From Candidatus Omnitrophota bacterium (GTDB taxonomy: Bacteria > Omnitrophota > Gorgyraeia > Zapsychrales > Fredricksoniimonadaceae), in contig JAKFXC010000060.1 in the NCBI GenBank assembly GCA_021731625.1, forward strand, positions 794 to 64,793: a stretch of DNA of 64,000 nt, given 5' to 3'. The position numbers and the translations under genes were made by a program. Position 1 is the stretch's first letter, and each line of letters begins with the position of its first letter. Positions 55,218 to 64,000 of this stretch are shown piece after piece. The notes beneath the pieces were generated by a model, which saw only the letters and a program-made list of their open reading frames with translations, was not told where the DNA came from and ran no database searches.

Positions 55218-57568
55218 GGATTTGGTTTATGCTGGCTGCGGTGTTGCTCCTTGGCGCCGGGGCCCCGATGCATCCCTGGGCGCAGGAATCCCAAAGGGAA
55301 ATGGAACAGTTGGATTTTGCCCAGGGCTTGCTCATGCGCGGGTTAAACGAGATGGCGGTGGCCGAATACCAAAAATTCATCACCGAGTTTCCGCAAAGCC
55401 CGTCCCTGCAGGACGCGTATTTAGGCCTGGGCGAAAGTTATTTTATCATCCAGGATTTTCCTAAATCCGCCGAGGCGTTTGGCACCATCAAAAAACATTA
55501 CCCGGATTCGCCGAATTTCCCCACCGCGGTGCTGCGGCTGGGCCAGATCGCCTTTGGCCAAAAACAATACGACCAAGCCATCCAGGAATTAAGTTCGGTC
55601 AATTTTGAGGAGCGTTTCAAGGACCAGCTGCAGGTGTTGCAGTCATTTTATTTTTACCTGGCCAAATCCTTCCGTGGCAAAGGGGACTGGAGTTCCGCTT
55701 TAAACTATTTTCAAAAGGCCGCCAAGCTCGAGGGGGTTTCCACCAACACGGCCAATGCCCTCCAGGAAGCCGGAGAAATTTATAGCCAGAATGCCCAATA
55801 TCAGGAAGCTGTGGAAAGTTATGGCCAGGCGATCCAGGCCGCCGACGGACACACCCTGAAGGCGTACTTGATTGTTAAGCTTGGGGAAACCCATTTTCTG
55901 GCCGGGGAGTACGAGCGGTCCATCAGTGTGCTTCGGCAGATCGTAGAAAAATATGCCACGCTGGAGATTACCAAAGATGCGTTGGCGAATATTTTGCTGG
56001 GCTATTCGAACTTGGGCCAATTTGAACAAGTGCTGGCTGAGTATAACAGCAATGCTAACCTTATTAAGGAAGTCGGCAGTCATTTTGACATCCATTTCTC
56101 CGCTGCAAAGGCCTTGATAGAGCTGAAACGGTATGAGGAAGCTGCGGCGTTGTTAAATAAAATGTGGTCTTGGCCTGACCTTAAGGCCGCAGACAGACGT
56201 AAAGTGGATTTAAAGAAGGCGGACATTTTACTGAGGCAGAAAAGATTCCCGGAAGCTGCGGGCTTACTGGAGGCCCTGGAGCCAGGCACCGATGGGGCAG
56301 ATGAGGCGGCATTTTTAAAGGCCCAAAGCTATTATGGCCTGGGGGATTTTGAAAAAGCCGGCCAATTTTTTTCCGAGGTCAAAGACAATCATGCCGGTTC
56401 GAATTTTGCCGGGGCCGCTTTGCTGGGGTTGGCCCACGCCCGCCGGGAGGCGGGCAAATACGACCAGGCCGGCGAGCTTTTCTTCAAATTTTATAGCAGC
56501 GAGGCCCAGGGGAGTTTAAAAGAAGAGGCCTTGTATTATGCCGCCTTGATGGATGCGAAGCTAAATGCCCAGACCCAAGCCATTGCGCGGGCCCAGGAAT
56601 ATATCAAAAACTATCCGGACGGGGGGTATTTGGACGCCAGCGTGCTGCTGCTGGCAGACCTTTACGGAAAAACCAATCAGGCCGAGAAGGCCGTCAGTCT
56701 TTTACAGGTGCAGGCGCTGCGGGCCTCTGCCCTCAAACGGCCCCAGGCGGTTTATTTTTTACTGGGATATAACCAACAGCTTTTGGGAAATACCGACCAG
56801 GCGCTGGAGTCTTATTCAAAAGTGGCGTCCGGAAGCGATGAGCAGGCGGTGTACGTTTCTGCCCTAAAGAATTCCGCGGCCATTCAGTTGTCCCGTAAAA
56901 ATGATGCTCAGGCAGCTCAGCTTTTTGACCGTTTGATCACCGAGATTGACAAGAACAATCTGGAAATGCAGACCTACTTGTGGGTGTGCGATCAATATTT
57001 GAGGCAAGAGAAATGGAGCGACGTGCTGCGCGTGGCCCAGAAGGCGGAGCAATATTTTCCCGGACAAATTGAAGGCTCCACCGCCTATTTTAAAGCCGAG
57101 GCTTGGCGTGAACTCAAGGACATGGAGCAAGCGCTGAAAAATTATGATTTGGTTTTAGCGGCACCGGCGAAAAGCATGTACACCGGCGCCGCCCACATCG
57201 GCAAAGCCATGGTCCAGGCGGAGTCTGGCAAATTTGACGAAGCCAAGGCAGAACTGCAAAAAGCCATCGAGGAGAACCCCGAAGACAATACCATCACGCT
57301 GCGGGCCCGCTTTGAGCTGGGCAATGTGGCGGGGGCGGTGGCGGATTGGCAGTCGGCGCTCAAATTCTTTATGCTGATTGTCACCATTTACGACGACGAT
57401 TATTATGTGCCGGAAAGTTTGGTGCGGGCCGGCTGGGCACTGGAGAATTTAAACCGCCAGACAGAGGCCTTAAAGATTTATCAGGAAGTCACCGAGAAGT
57501 ATAAGGATACAGCGCAGAGCGCTCAGGCCCAGGAAAGGACAATGGCTTTGCATGCGGGCAGTAATTAG
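55214..57568 (+). CDS. Large TPR-repeat protein with signal peptide
   Basis: 784 aa of TPR-like repeats (YbgF/CpoB-like repeats near the N-terminus). Shares the operon with exbBD. Confidence 0.7.
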   Translation: MRIWFMLAAVLLLGAGAPMHPWAQESQREMEQLDFAQGLLMRGLNEMAVAEYQKFITEFPQSPSLQDAYLGLGESYFIIQDFPKSAEAFGTIKKHYPDSPNFPTAVLRLGQIAFGQKQYDQAIQELSSVNFEERFKDQLQVLQSFYFYLAKSFRGKGDWSSALNYFQKAAKLEGVSTNTANALQEAGEIYSQNAQYQEAVESYGQAIQAADGHTLKAYLIVKLGETHFLAGEYERSISVLRQIVEKYATLEITKDALANILLGYSNLGQFEQVLAEYNSNANLIKEVGSHFDIHFSAAKALIELKRYEEAAALLNKMWSWPDLKAADRRKVDLKKADILLRQKRFPEAAGLLEALEPGTDGADEAAFLKAQSYYGLGDFEKAGQFFSEVKDNHAGSNFAGAALLGLAHARREAGKYDQAGELFFKFYSSEAQGSLKEEALYYAALMDAKLNAQTQAIARAQEYIKNYPDGGYLDASVLLLADLYGKTNQAEKAVSLLQVQALRASALKRPQAVYFLLGYNQQLLGNTDQALESYSKVASGSDEQAVYVSALKNSAAIQLSRKNDAQAAQLFDRLITEIDKNNLEMQTYLWVCDQYLRQEKWSDVLRVAQKAEQYFPGQIEGSTAYFKAEAWRELKDMEQALKNYDLVLAAPAKSMYTGAAHIGKAMVQAESGKFDEAKAELQKAIEENPEDNTITLRARFELGNVAGAVADWQSALKFFMLIVTIYDDDYYVPESLVRAGWALENLNRQTEALKIYQEVTEKYKDTAQSAQAQERTMALHAGSN

Positions 57569-59225
57569 GAAGAGGATTTATTTTTCGCTGCTCCTTTCGC
57601 TGTTTGCCCACGTAGGGTTTATGGTGTGGAGCTTTTTTGTGCATGTCGTTCCCAACGCGTACGTGGTCCAGCCCCCGGAAAAATTCATCCACGTCAAGAT
57701 CACCAATGAGGAAAAATTGCGGCACGACGCGCCGCAGTCTAAGGTGAACGCTTCTGAAAAGACCGCCCAGCCCGAAAACCCCTTTGCCCAGACCAAGACC
57801 CTGGAACCGTCCATTGAATCCCAGGAGGCGGTCAAGGACAACATTGCCTCCGCGGTGCAAAGGAACGATGAACCGCCGGCGATTTCTTCGACCCCGGCGC
57901 AGCTGCTGAAGAAACCGCAAATGACGGACCTGGTAGTGACCAAGAAAGTTCGGCGCTCAGACCGCCGGAACCTGGTCGAAGTCGGCGAAGTGCCTCATGA
58001 GGAATTCGCTTCCGGGGCCCCGATCATCATTTCCGGCGAGGACATCTCTCCAAATTTCCTGGATAAAGGCAACATTGCGGTGAAGACGGCGCCGGCTGCC
58101 CCGGTGCAGGCTGCCAATGGCCAAAGAGAATTTCAAATCATGCAGAAAAGCTCCTGGGGGGTCAGCCGCAAGTCCAAGGCGGTGGATTCGGGCACCACCT
58201 TGGCGTATGAGCTTTACAAATACCAAGACCCGCAATCGGGGCAGAAATATTTTAAGCTCTTGGTGAAAGTGCGCGATGCCACCATGAATTTTCCGGTCAT
58301 CCCCAAGGAAATCATTTTTTTGGTGGATGCCTCGCAGAGTATCGGAGCGACGCGGTTGGCCCAATTTCAAGAGGCCGTCCTCTATAGCTTAAACCATCTG
58401 AATAAAGACGATTTCTTTAACATCATCATTTTTAAGGCAAAGACCATTCCGTTAAGCGAGGTGTCGCTCCGCGCCCAGCCGGAAAACATCAAAAAGGCCG
58501 CCGCTTTTCTGGCGGAACTAAAATCCGGGGCCACCACCGACGTTTACAATGCGGTGCAGATGAGCTTAAATACCAAAACGCCGTTTACTCCGTCGTACCG
58601 CGTGCTTTTAAGCGACGGCTTTCCCACCCGCGGGATCATCAATTCCCGCCAGGTCATTAATGAAGTGTCTAAAATTAATAACGGCAAAGTAAGTATCTTT
58701 GCCTTTGGGGGCGGAGTGAGTATTAGCCGGTATATGTTGGACTTCGTGGCGTATAAGAATCGGGGGTGGTCACGGTTTACCGATCGGGATTACGCCATCA
58801 GCAAAGAAGTTGCCAAGCTTTATGATGAGATCAGAGACCCGCTGCTTTTGCATTTGCGTTATCATGTAAGCGGCTTAAACGGCAAAGAAGTTTTTCCGCA
58901 AAACCTGCCGGATTTCTTTAAGGGCTCGGAGTTTGTCATTTACGGGACCTATGGCATGGAAGACAGGTTTTTTGTGCAGGTGCTGGGGGATGCTTTAGGC
59001 CAGACGAAAGAGTTTATCGTCAATGATGCTTTGACCAACGCTTTGCCGGGAGACAAAGACATTGCCCGCCAATGGGCTTTCCATAAAATTTATCATCTCA
59101 TCGGCCAATTGAAATACAAAGAAAACAATGAAGCGATCATCAACGAAATCAATGCCTTATGTGCCAAGTATAATATTGTGACCCCTTATTCCAAAAACCT
59201 CGAGAGGAAGCACCCGCCGAATTAA
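57552..59225 (+). CDS. Membrane-anchored von Willebrand factor A domain protein
   Basis: N-terminal TM helix, Pro-rich region, vWA core with MIDAS-like IIFLVDASQSIG...TDVYNAV. Confidence 0.7.
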   Translation: MRAVIRKRIYFSLLLSLFAHVGFMVWSFFVHVVPNAYVVQPPEKFIHVKITNEEKLRHDAPQSKVNASEKTAQPENPFAQTKTLEPSIESQEAVKDNIASAVQRNDEPPAISSTPAQLLKKPQMTDLVVTKKVRRSDRRNLVEVGEVPHEEFASGAPIIISGEDISPNFLDKGNIAVKTAPAAPVQAANGQREFQIMQKSSWGVSRKSKAVDSGTTLAYELYKYQDPQSGQKYFKLLVKVRDATMNFPVIPKEIIFLVDASQSIGATRLAQFQEAVLYSLNHLNKDDFFNIIIFKAKTIPLSEVSLRAQPENIKKAAAFLAELKSGATTDVYNAVQMSLNTKTPFTPSYRVLLSDGFPTRGIINSRQVINEVSKINNGKVSIFAFGGGVSISRYMLDFVAYKNRGWSRFTDRDYAISKEVAKLYDEIRDPLLLHLRYHVSGLNGKEVFPQNLPDFFKGSEFVIYGTYGMEDRFFVQVLGDALGQTKEFIVNDALTNALPGDKDIARQWAFHKIYHLIGQLKYKENNEAIINEINALCAKYNIVTPYSKNLERKHPPN

Positions 59226-59264
59226 GATTATTTAATTTCCCTTTAACCTCTGATTCACTTTGCT

Positions 59265-59987
59265 ATGCGTATAGTACCCTTTATGAGCATTGCCACGTTG
59301 TTCCAAAAACAAACCTTCGCCGGCGACAAAAAGCATTTGGTGCACTTCCTTGTGCCGTATGAGAAAAAACTCATTGCCGCCCTGTTGCCCGTGGTCCCTG
59401 CCCAGATGAGCACCGTTCACCTGACCTTAATGACCGTGTTGTGGTCCATTGTGATCATTGCGGCGGGGTACCTGGCCCAGCATGACATGCGCTGGATGGC
59501 GCTCTTTAGCGCGGGCATTTTTTTACAGTATGTCACCGATATGCTGGATGGGGCCGTGGGCCGCCTGCGCGGTACGGGCTTGATCAAATGGGGCTTTTAC
59601 ATGGACCATTTCCTAGATTTTATTTTCCTCTGCTCCATTATCACGGGCTATTCCTTTTTATTGCCGGCCTCGTTTTTGCCATTGGTCTTATTGTGTTTGG
59701 CTTGTTGCGCCGGGTTTATGGTGCATGCCTTCCTGGATTTCGCCATCACCAATAATTTTAAAATCAGCGTCAATGAATTTGGCGTGTCCGAGGCCCGTAT
59801 GGCGCTGATCCTTTTTAATATCGGGCTCATTTTCACCGGCAAGGATTTGCTGGTGAGCATATTCCCATTTTTTGTGACTTTGGCCTGCATCGCTTTGTGT
59901 GCCGTGGTTTACAATTCACAAAAAACGTATGGCCACATTGATGCGATGCAGCAAGCCACCACCAATGAGGAGGTGAGCTATGGATAG
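59265..59987 (+). CDS. CDP-alcohol phosphatidyltransferase family protein
   Basis: DMLDGAVGRLRGTGLIKWGFYMDHFLDFIF matches the D(x)2DG(x)2AR...G(x)3D(x)3D motif. Polytopic membrane protein. Confidence 0.7.
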   Translation: MRIVPFMSIATLFQKQTFAGDKKHLVHFLVPYEKKLIAALLPVVPAQMSTVHLTLMTVLWSIVIIAAGYLAQHDMRWMALFSAGIFLQYVTDMLDGAVGRLRGTGLIKWGFYMDHFLDFIFLCSIITGYSFLLPASFLPLVLLCLACCAGFMVHAFLDFAITNNFKISVNEFGVSEARMALILFNIGLIFTGKDLLVSIFPFFVTLACIALCAVVYNSQKTYGHIDAMQQATTNEEVSYG

Positions 59988-60444
59988 GCCGTTGAACAAA
60001 GGGATGCACCATGTGATTACGGCCATTCTGGTCTTTCAATTGGCCGGATGCGGGACCCTGCTTTACCCGGAGCGTCGAGGGCAGAAGGCCGGGCATTTGG
60101 ATGCCGGAGTCGTCATTCTGGATGCCATCGGTTTGTTGTTTTTCTTGATCCCCGGCATCATTGCCTTTGCAGTGGATTTTAGCAACGGGACCATCTATTT
60201 GCCTGCTTCGAGGACCTCCGCGTCCAGCGGCGATAAAATCGAATATCGAAAAATCAAGTTCGATCCTAAGCGCACCACCATGGTTGAGATCGAAGACACG
60301 ATCAGGAAAGAGACAGGGTATAAAATTAAGCTGACCCAAAGCAATGTGACAATCACGCGTCTTAAGACCCTGGAAGACATGCAGGCAAGTTTCGCAGAAG
60401 CTATGTCGGGCATACACAACAATCGCATTGCCTTAAGCCTTTAA
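59980..60444 (+). CDS. Hypothetical lipoprotein/membrane protein
   Basis: Lipobox-like LAGCGT then a hydrophobic helix. No recognisable domain. Confidence 0.4.
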   Translation: MDRPLNKGMHHVITAILVFQLAGCGTLLYPERRGQKAGHLDAGVVILDAIGLLFFLIPGIIAFAVDFSNGTIYLPASRTSASSGDKIEYRKIKFDPKRTTMVEIEDTIRKETGYKIKLTQSNVTITRLKTLEDMQASFAEAMSGIHNNRIALSL

Positions 60445-60476
60445 AACGTGCAAGAGTATAAACGGGAGGAGGATAT

Positions 60477-60743
60477 ATGACAACGGATCAGATGGTATTA
60501 TTAGTGCTTCTCATTTTAGTCATTGGGGCGTTTCCCGCCTGGCCGTACAGCCGCGCTTGGGGCTATGGGCCCATGAGTGCTCTGACTGTTATTGTGGTGA
60601 TTTTGGTGGTGTATGCGCTGGTTATCAAACCATCGTCTCGACCAGCAGGTGAAAGTTTGCGCTCCGACGTGAGGGCGGCTGGCCAAGATTTGAAGGAAAT
60701 GGGCCGCGATGCCGCAGACACGGTCCGGGATGCGGTGAAATAG
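60477..60743 (+). CDS. DUF3309-family small membrane protein
   Basis: LLILVIGAFPAWPYSRAWGYGPMSALTVIVVILVVYAL matches the DUF3309 signature (PxWPYSRxWGYGP). Confidence 0.65.
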   Translation: MTTDQMVLLVLLILVIGAFPAWPYSRAWGYGPMSALTVIVVILVVYALVIKPSSRPAGESLRSDVRAAGQDLKEMGRDAADTVRDAVK

Positions 60744-60775
60744 CATTTAATCTGGAATCAGGTAAGGGAGACTAT

Positions 60776-61015
60776 ATGAATGTGAAAATGATGTGGATCA
60801 GTTTATCCGCGGCGACGGCAGTGCTGGCAGCCGGTTGCAGCCCTTCATTTTGGGGCGGTGGCGCCACCGGAGCGGTGGGAGCAGGGGCCGGGTATGAATG
60901 GCACGCCAATCAGGAAAAAAAGAAAATAGATGATGATTTGAAGGCTGGAAAGATTGATCAGCGCGAATACGATATTCGCCGTGATCAGATCCAACGGGAT
61001 TCTGTCCTGCAATAG
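60776..61015 (+). CDS. Small lipoprotein, hypothetical
   Basis: Signal peptide with lipobox LAAGCS. 79 aa. Confidence 0.4.
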   Translation: MNVKMMWISLSAATAVLAAGCSPSFWGGGATGAVGAGAGYEWHANQEKKKIDDDLKAGKIDQREYDIRRDQIQRDSVLQ

Positions 61016-61052
61016 CCCTTGGATCGGCGGTATTTAAACCCCTTGGCAAGAT

Positions 61053-61868
61053 TTGTTAAGGGGTTTATTATTTTGTATGCCTAAATCCAATCGGGATTTT
61101 GCCGCGCAGACATTGAGGGTTGAATTTCAGCGTTTGCAGCGCGACACCGCCAGGGTTGTTCACGCCGCGGGGGCCGCAACCGTGCATGATGTGCGGGTGG
61201 CGGCCATGAGGGTGGCATTTGGACTTAAATTTTTTGAAGATTATCTTAACGTCCAAGAGGCCACGCTCCTTAAGGATCGGCTGAAACAGGCTCGGGACAA
61301 GATGGGGAAGGCCCGCAATTGGGACATTATGTGGGAACGTGTTCCAGAGAGGGAAATACGATCACTGGTCTTTGTTCGTCGCAGCATGGCTCGCAAGGAA
61401 TTGAAAGGCACTCTTAAGTCGTCTTGGTACAAGAGGATTTTTGGGCACAACGAAGAATTGATCCTGAAGGATCTTAAGGACAATCATCACGCTCAAGATT
61501 TGCTGGAGGCGGAGGCTCAAAAATTTCTCCGCTGGCAGAGAAAAAGGATCCGCCGCAAAGACCTGCACCAAGTCCGCATTAGTTTCAAAAAGTTAAGATA
61601 TGCTTGCGAATTTACCGCAAATTTCTATAAAATAGATTTGCATCGAATCGTGGCATTGCTCGAGAAATTCCAGGATGTTTTGGGTGAGCGCCAAGATGCC
61701 TTAAGCATGAAAGAACAGCTGGTCCAGTTAAGGGAAGCCGGGCAAAGAATTCCTCAAAAAATCATTAAACGGCAAAAGCGAGAGGTTCAAAAGGCGGAAT
61801 CCCGCTTTGAACGGCTCTGGAACAAATATTCCCCCGAGACCCTCATCCGCTTAATTAAAAATGCCTAA
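61053..61868 (+). CDS. CHAD-domain protein
   Basis: VHDVRVAAMRVAFGLKFF...LGERQD conserved His/Arg helices of the CHAD domain. Confidence 0.65.
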   Translation: MLRGLLFCMPKSNRDFAAQTLRVEFQRLQRDTARVVHAAGAATVHDVRVAAMRVAFGLKFFEDYLNVQEATLLKDRLKQARDKMGKARNWDIMWERVPEREIRSLVFVRRSMARKELKGTLKSSWYKRIFGHNEELILKDLKDNHHAQDLLEAEAQKFLRWQRKRIRRKDLHQVRISFKKLRYACEFTANFYKIDLHRIVALLEKFQDVLGERQDALSMKEQLVQLREAGQRIPQKIIKRQKREVQKAESRFERLWNKYSPETLIRLIKNA

Positions 61869-62238
61869 AACCAGTTATATTCCGCTATTTTTGTGGATGC
61901 TGCTCATTTTTTGTCTTTCGTCGATTCCGAGAGTGGCTTTGCCGCAAATGCCGACGGATACGGTGGATTTTGTGGCGCATAAATTCGCGCATTTGGTGGA
62001 GTACACCATGTTAGGGTTGTTGTGGGCCAGGGCCTGGGTCAAGAGCGGCGGGACCATTAAATTTAGGACCATTCTATTTTTAATGTGCTGGGTCCTGGTT
62101 TATGCGGCTTTTGACGAATGGCATCAGACTTTTGTGCCGGGGCGTCATGGGCGGGGTGTGGATGTCTTCTTTGATACAATTTACGGAACGATCGGCATCC
62201 TGCTTTACCGGCGCACGTTAAAAGTCTTTGCAAGGTAA
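61861..62238 (+). CDS. VanZ-family membrane protein
   Basis: Four TM helices with DEWHQTFVPGR...DVFFDTIG motif. Confidence 0.7.
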   Translation: MPKTSYIPLFLWMLLIFCLSSIPRVALPQMPTDTVDFVAHKFAHLVEYTMLGLLWARAWVKSGGTIKFRTILFLMCWVLVYAAFDEWHQTFVPGRHGRGVDVFFDTIYGTIGILLYRRTLKVFAR

Positions 62239-62264
62239 GATTTTTCTGATAGCTTGATGATCCT

Positions 62265-62609
62265 ATGCCTAAACATCCATACCATTCTTCCTATTTCCGC
62301 ACCGCGTATTCCTGCATCCTGATTTGTTTGGTCATGACGGTCGGCACCATCGGGGTTCATTTTATTGAACATATGCCCTGGAGCGACGCCTTTTATTTTA
62401 TGAGCATGATCGCCACTGCCCAAGGGGCAAATTATGAGCCGCAAACCGTTCTGGGGAAGGTGTTCATAGCGGCTATGGCTTTTGTGAGCGTGGGTGCAGT
62501 GGTGGCGGCGTTGGGATTTTTGTTTGGGCCATTTCTAGGAAAGGTATTTTTGGTGGGGGAACATACATTTGAGGAAGAGATTAAGAGCGTAAAACATAAA
62601 AGGGATTAA
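62265..62609 (+). CDS. Hypothetical two-TM membrane protein (ion-channel-like pore-loop architecture, no K+ selectivity filter)
   Basis: TM1-pore-like loop-TM2 layout (GTIGVHFIEHMPWSDAFYFMSMIATAQGANYEPQT). No TVGYG motif. Confidence 0.35.
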   Translation: MPKHPYHSSYFRTAYSCILICLVMTVGTIGVHFIEHMPWSDAFYFMSMIATAQGANYEPQTVLGKVFIAAMAFVSVGAVVAALGFLFGPFLGKVFLVGEHTFEEEIKSVKHKRD

Positions 62610-62795
62610 GGAATACAGATTTTTCGGCTGGGCGGCCGAAAAATCTGTACGTGGCCCAATGTGGGCCAAGTACGCCCGGCTGACGTGGCGTTCGCTTAGA
62701 CAGAATATTTGCTCGATAAGCGTTTCAGGATCTATGCCGCAAACATTCTTTCTAAACAAGCTCCGCAAGTCAGGGGCTCATTTAAAGGAGGTTTT

Positions 62796-63059
62796 ATGAG
62801 AACCACAACAGTTATTTTACTTTTAACTTCGACATTGATCTTAAGCGGTTGCGCCCAAAATAAGACCAGGGTAGCCGAAGGGGCTGGCATCGGCGCGGTT
62901 TTAGGGGCGGCAGTGGGAGGCATCATCGGGTACCAAAGCGGGCATCCGTTGCAGGGAGCGGCTATTGGCGGTGCCGTGGGTGGAGCCAGCGGTGCGGCGG
63001 TCGGAGCTCAGATCGAGAAACCAGCCGGGGATGTACAAACCAATGGCACAAGCAACTAA
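62796..63059 (+). CDS. Glycine-zipper lipoprotein (SlyB/Pcp-like)
   Basis: Start MRTTTVILLLTSTLILSGC (lipobox) with an AAGGAGG RBS. Then GxxxG repeats AGIGAVLGAAVGGIIG...GAAIGGAVGGASGAAVG. Confidence 0.65.
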   Translation: MRTTTVILLLTSTLILSGCAQNKTRVAEGAGIGAVLGAAVGGIIGYQSGHPLQGAAIGGAVGGASGAAVGAQIEKPAGDVQTNGTSN

Positions 63060-64000
63060 TTCATTTGGACTCTCGGATGTCCGCCATGTGGTTGCGGTGT
63101 CCTCCTGCAAAGGGGGCGTAGGGAAATCTACGGTGGCCGCCGGTTTGGCCAGGGCCCTGGCTGCTCAAGGGTTTAAGACCGGGATTTTGGATGCCGATAT
63201 CCACGGGCCTTCCTTGCCCACCTTGTTTCATTTGCCGCAGGCCCAACTGCAGGCCAATGAATTTAAAATGCTCAAGCCCATCGAAGCCGAAGGACTTAAA
63301 CTCATGTCCTTCGGCTTTTTATTGGGGGATGCGCCTGCTGTGATGCGCGGGCCTATTGTCACGCGTTATATCCAGCAATTGCTGTTTCAAACCGACTGGG
63401 GCAAGCTGGATTATTTGATCGTGGACATGCCGCCAGGGACAGGCGACGTGCAACTGACAATCACGCAATCGGTGCGTTTGACCGGAGCGGTGATTGTCAC
63501 CACCCGCCAAACGCTGTCGCTGGTGGATGTGGCCCGGGGCATTTTGATGTTTGAGAAAGTCCAGGTGCCGATTTTGGGCATTGTTGACAATATGGCTTAT
63601 TTTGTTTGCGATGACTGCCAAAAGAAACATTTTTTATTCGGGGCCACGGATGTGCAGGAGCGTTTCGGGGTAAGGGTTTTGACGCAGATCCCCTTGCTGC
63701 CTAGCCTTAACCTGCATACGTATATGGAAGCGGCAAGCCGGGCCATGCAGGAAGCCATTAAGATCCAGGCCCTGGCCAGCCAAACGCTGCCGCAGATCCG
63801 ATTCGACGCCCAATCTGTTGGGCTGAAGTTTGCTGATGGCAAAGAAGTAACGTTTAAAAACCGAGATCTGCGGGCCCTGTGCCGCTGCGCCTTATGTGTC
63901 AACGAACTGAGTGGAAAAAGCTTACTTGACCTAGCCGCAATCCGGCCGGACATTGCCGCCAAAGAAATCCTCCCTTTGGGCAATTACGCTATAGGCATCA
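63043..64000 (+). CDS. Partial Mrp/ApbC/NBP35-family Fe-S cluster carrier ATPase with C-terminal DUF971-like domain (3' end beyond window)
   Basis: MAQATNSFGLSDVRHVVAVSSCKGGVGKSTVAAGLA...LDYLIVDMPPGTGD...CDDCQKKHFLFG. Then LKFADGKEVTFKNRDLRALCRCALCVNE (DUF971-like). No stop before 64000. Confidence 0.85.
   Translation, partial: MAQATNSFGLSDVRHVVAVSSCKGGVGKSTVAAGLARALAAQGFKTGILDADIHGPSLPTLFHLPQAQLQANEFKMLKPIEAEGLKLMSFGFLLGDAPAVMRGPIVTRYIQQLLFQTDWGKLDYLIVDMPPGTGDVQLTITQSVRLTGAVIVTTRQTLSLVDVARGILMFEKVQVPILGIVDNMAYFVCDDCQKKHFLFGATDVQERFGVRVLTQIPLLPSLNLHTYMEAASRAMQEAIKIQALASQTLPQIRFDAQSVGLKFADGKEVTFKNRDLRALCRCALCVNELSGKSLLDLAAIRPDIAAKEILPLGNYAIGI

Overview
This 64 kb window looks like the chromosomal replication-origin region of a bacterium (about 50-55% GC), probably an uncultivated or candidate-phylum lineage judging by its short aaRS forms and atypical gene fusions. 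On the minus strand the core replication cluster is dnaA-dnaN-DUF721(DciA-like)-gyrB-gyrA, and paired DnaA-box dyads sit on both sides of dnaA. A divergent plus-strand cluster follows: rpmH, yidD, yidC, a Jag_N-only gene, parA, parB, ndk, yicC, gmk, rpoZ and coaC. Notably, rnpA is missing between rpmH and yidD. The 5' end carries a Tad/Flp pilus locus (cpaB, then a CpaC secretin with a C-terminal TonB_C domain, then a ParA-like TadZ domain fused to the TadA/CpaF ATPase). This is followed by housekeeping genes for a PPIase, mdh, a CN-hydrolase and a GST. The middle of the window holds tRNA-Glu and a tRNA-Cys/Leu/Val cluster, then thrS-infC-rpmI-rplT-pheS-pheT, rarA, MTHFS, rny-ymdB, a PilZ protein and gltX. 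tRNA-Gln (39681-39751) is followed by an accessory region of roughly 9 kb (39.7-48.9 kb). Its first 5.4 kb is bounded by a 24-bp direct repeat of the tRNA-Gln 3' end. It carries BrnT/BrnA, copper-handling genes (YHS and Met-rich periplasmic proteins, a CopA-type P1B ATPase plus a nonsense-interrupted ATPase fragment), Phd/RelE, and a GHKL-ATPase + DUF4325/STAS-like two-gene operon. That operon is driven by tandem promoters, each with a 17-bp palindromic operator in its spacer. The 3' part encodes an M28 peptidase, MarR, a DUF2157/GDYXXLXY pair, cspA, exbB-exbD-TPR-vWA, small membrane and lipoproteins, and a partial mrp/apbC. Structure not explained by genes includes 94-96 bp tandem repeats built from a shared leader module upstream of tRNA-Cys, tRNA-Leu and tRNA-Gln, and an unrelated 96-bp x2.5 tandem repeat between the DnaA boxes and rpmH. 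There is also a 70-bp palindromic element present twice, and a recurring AAATAGGGG-N4-5-CCCCTATTT terminator hairpin. All calls rest on reading the translated ORFs and the raw sequence by eye. No database searches were run.
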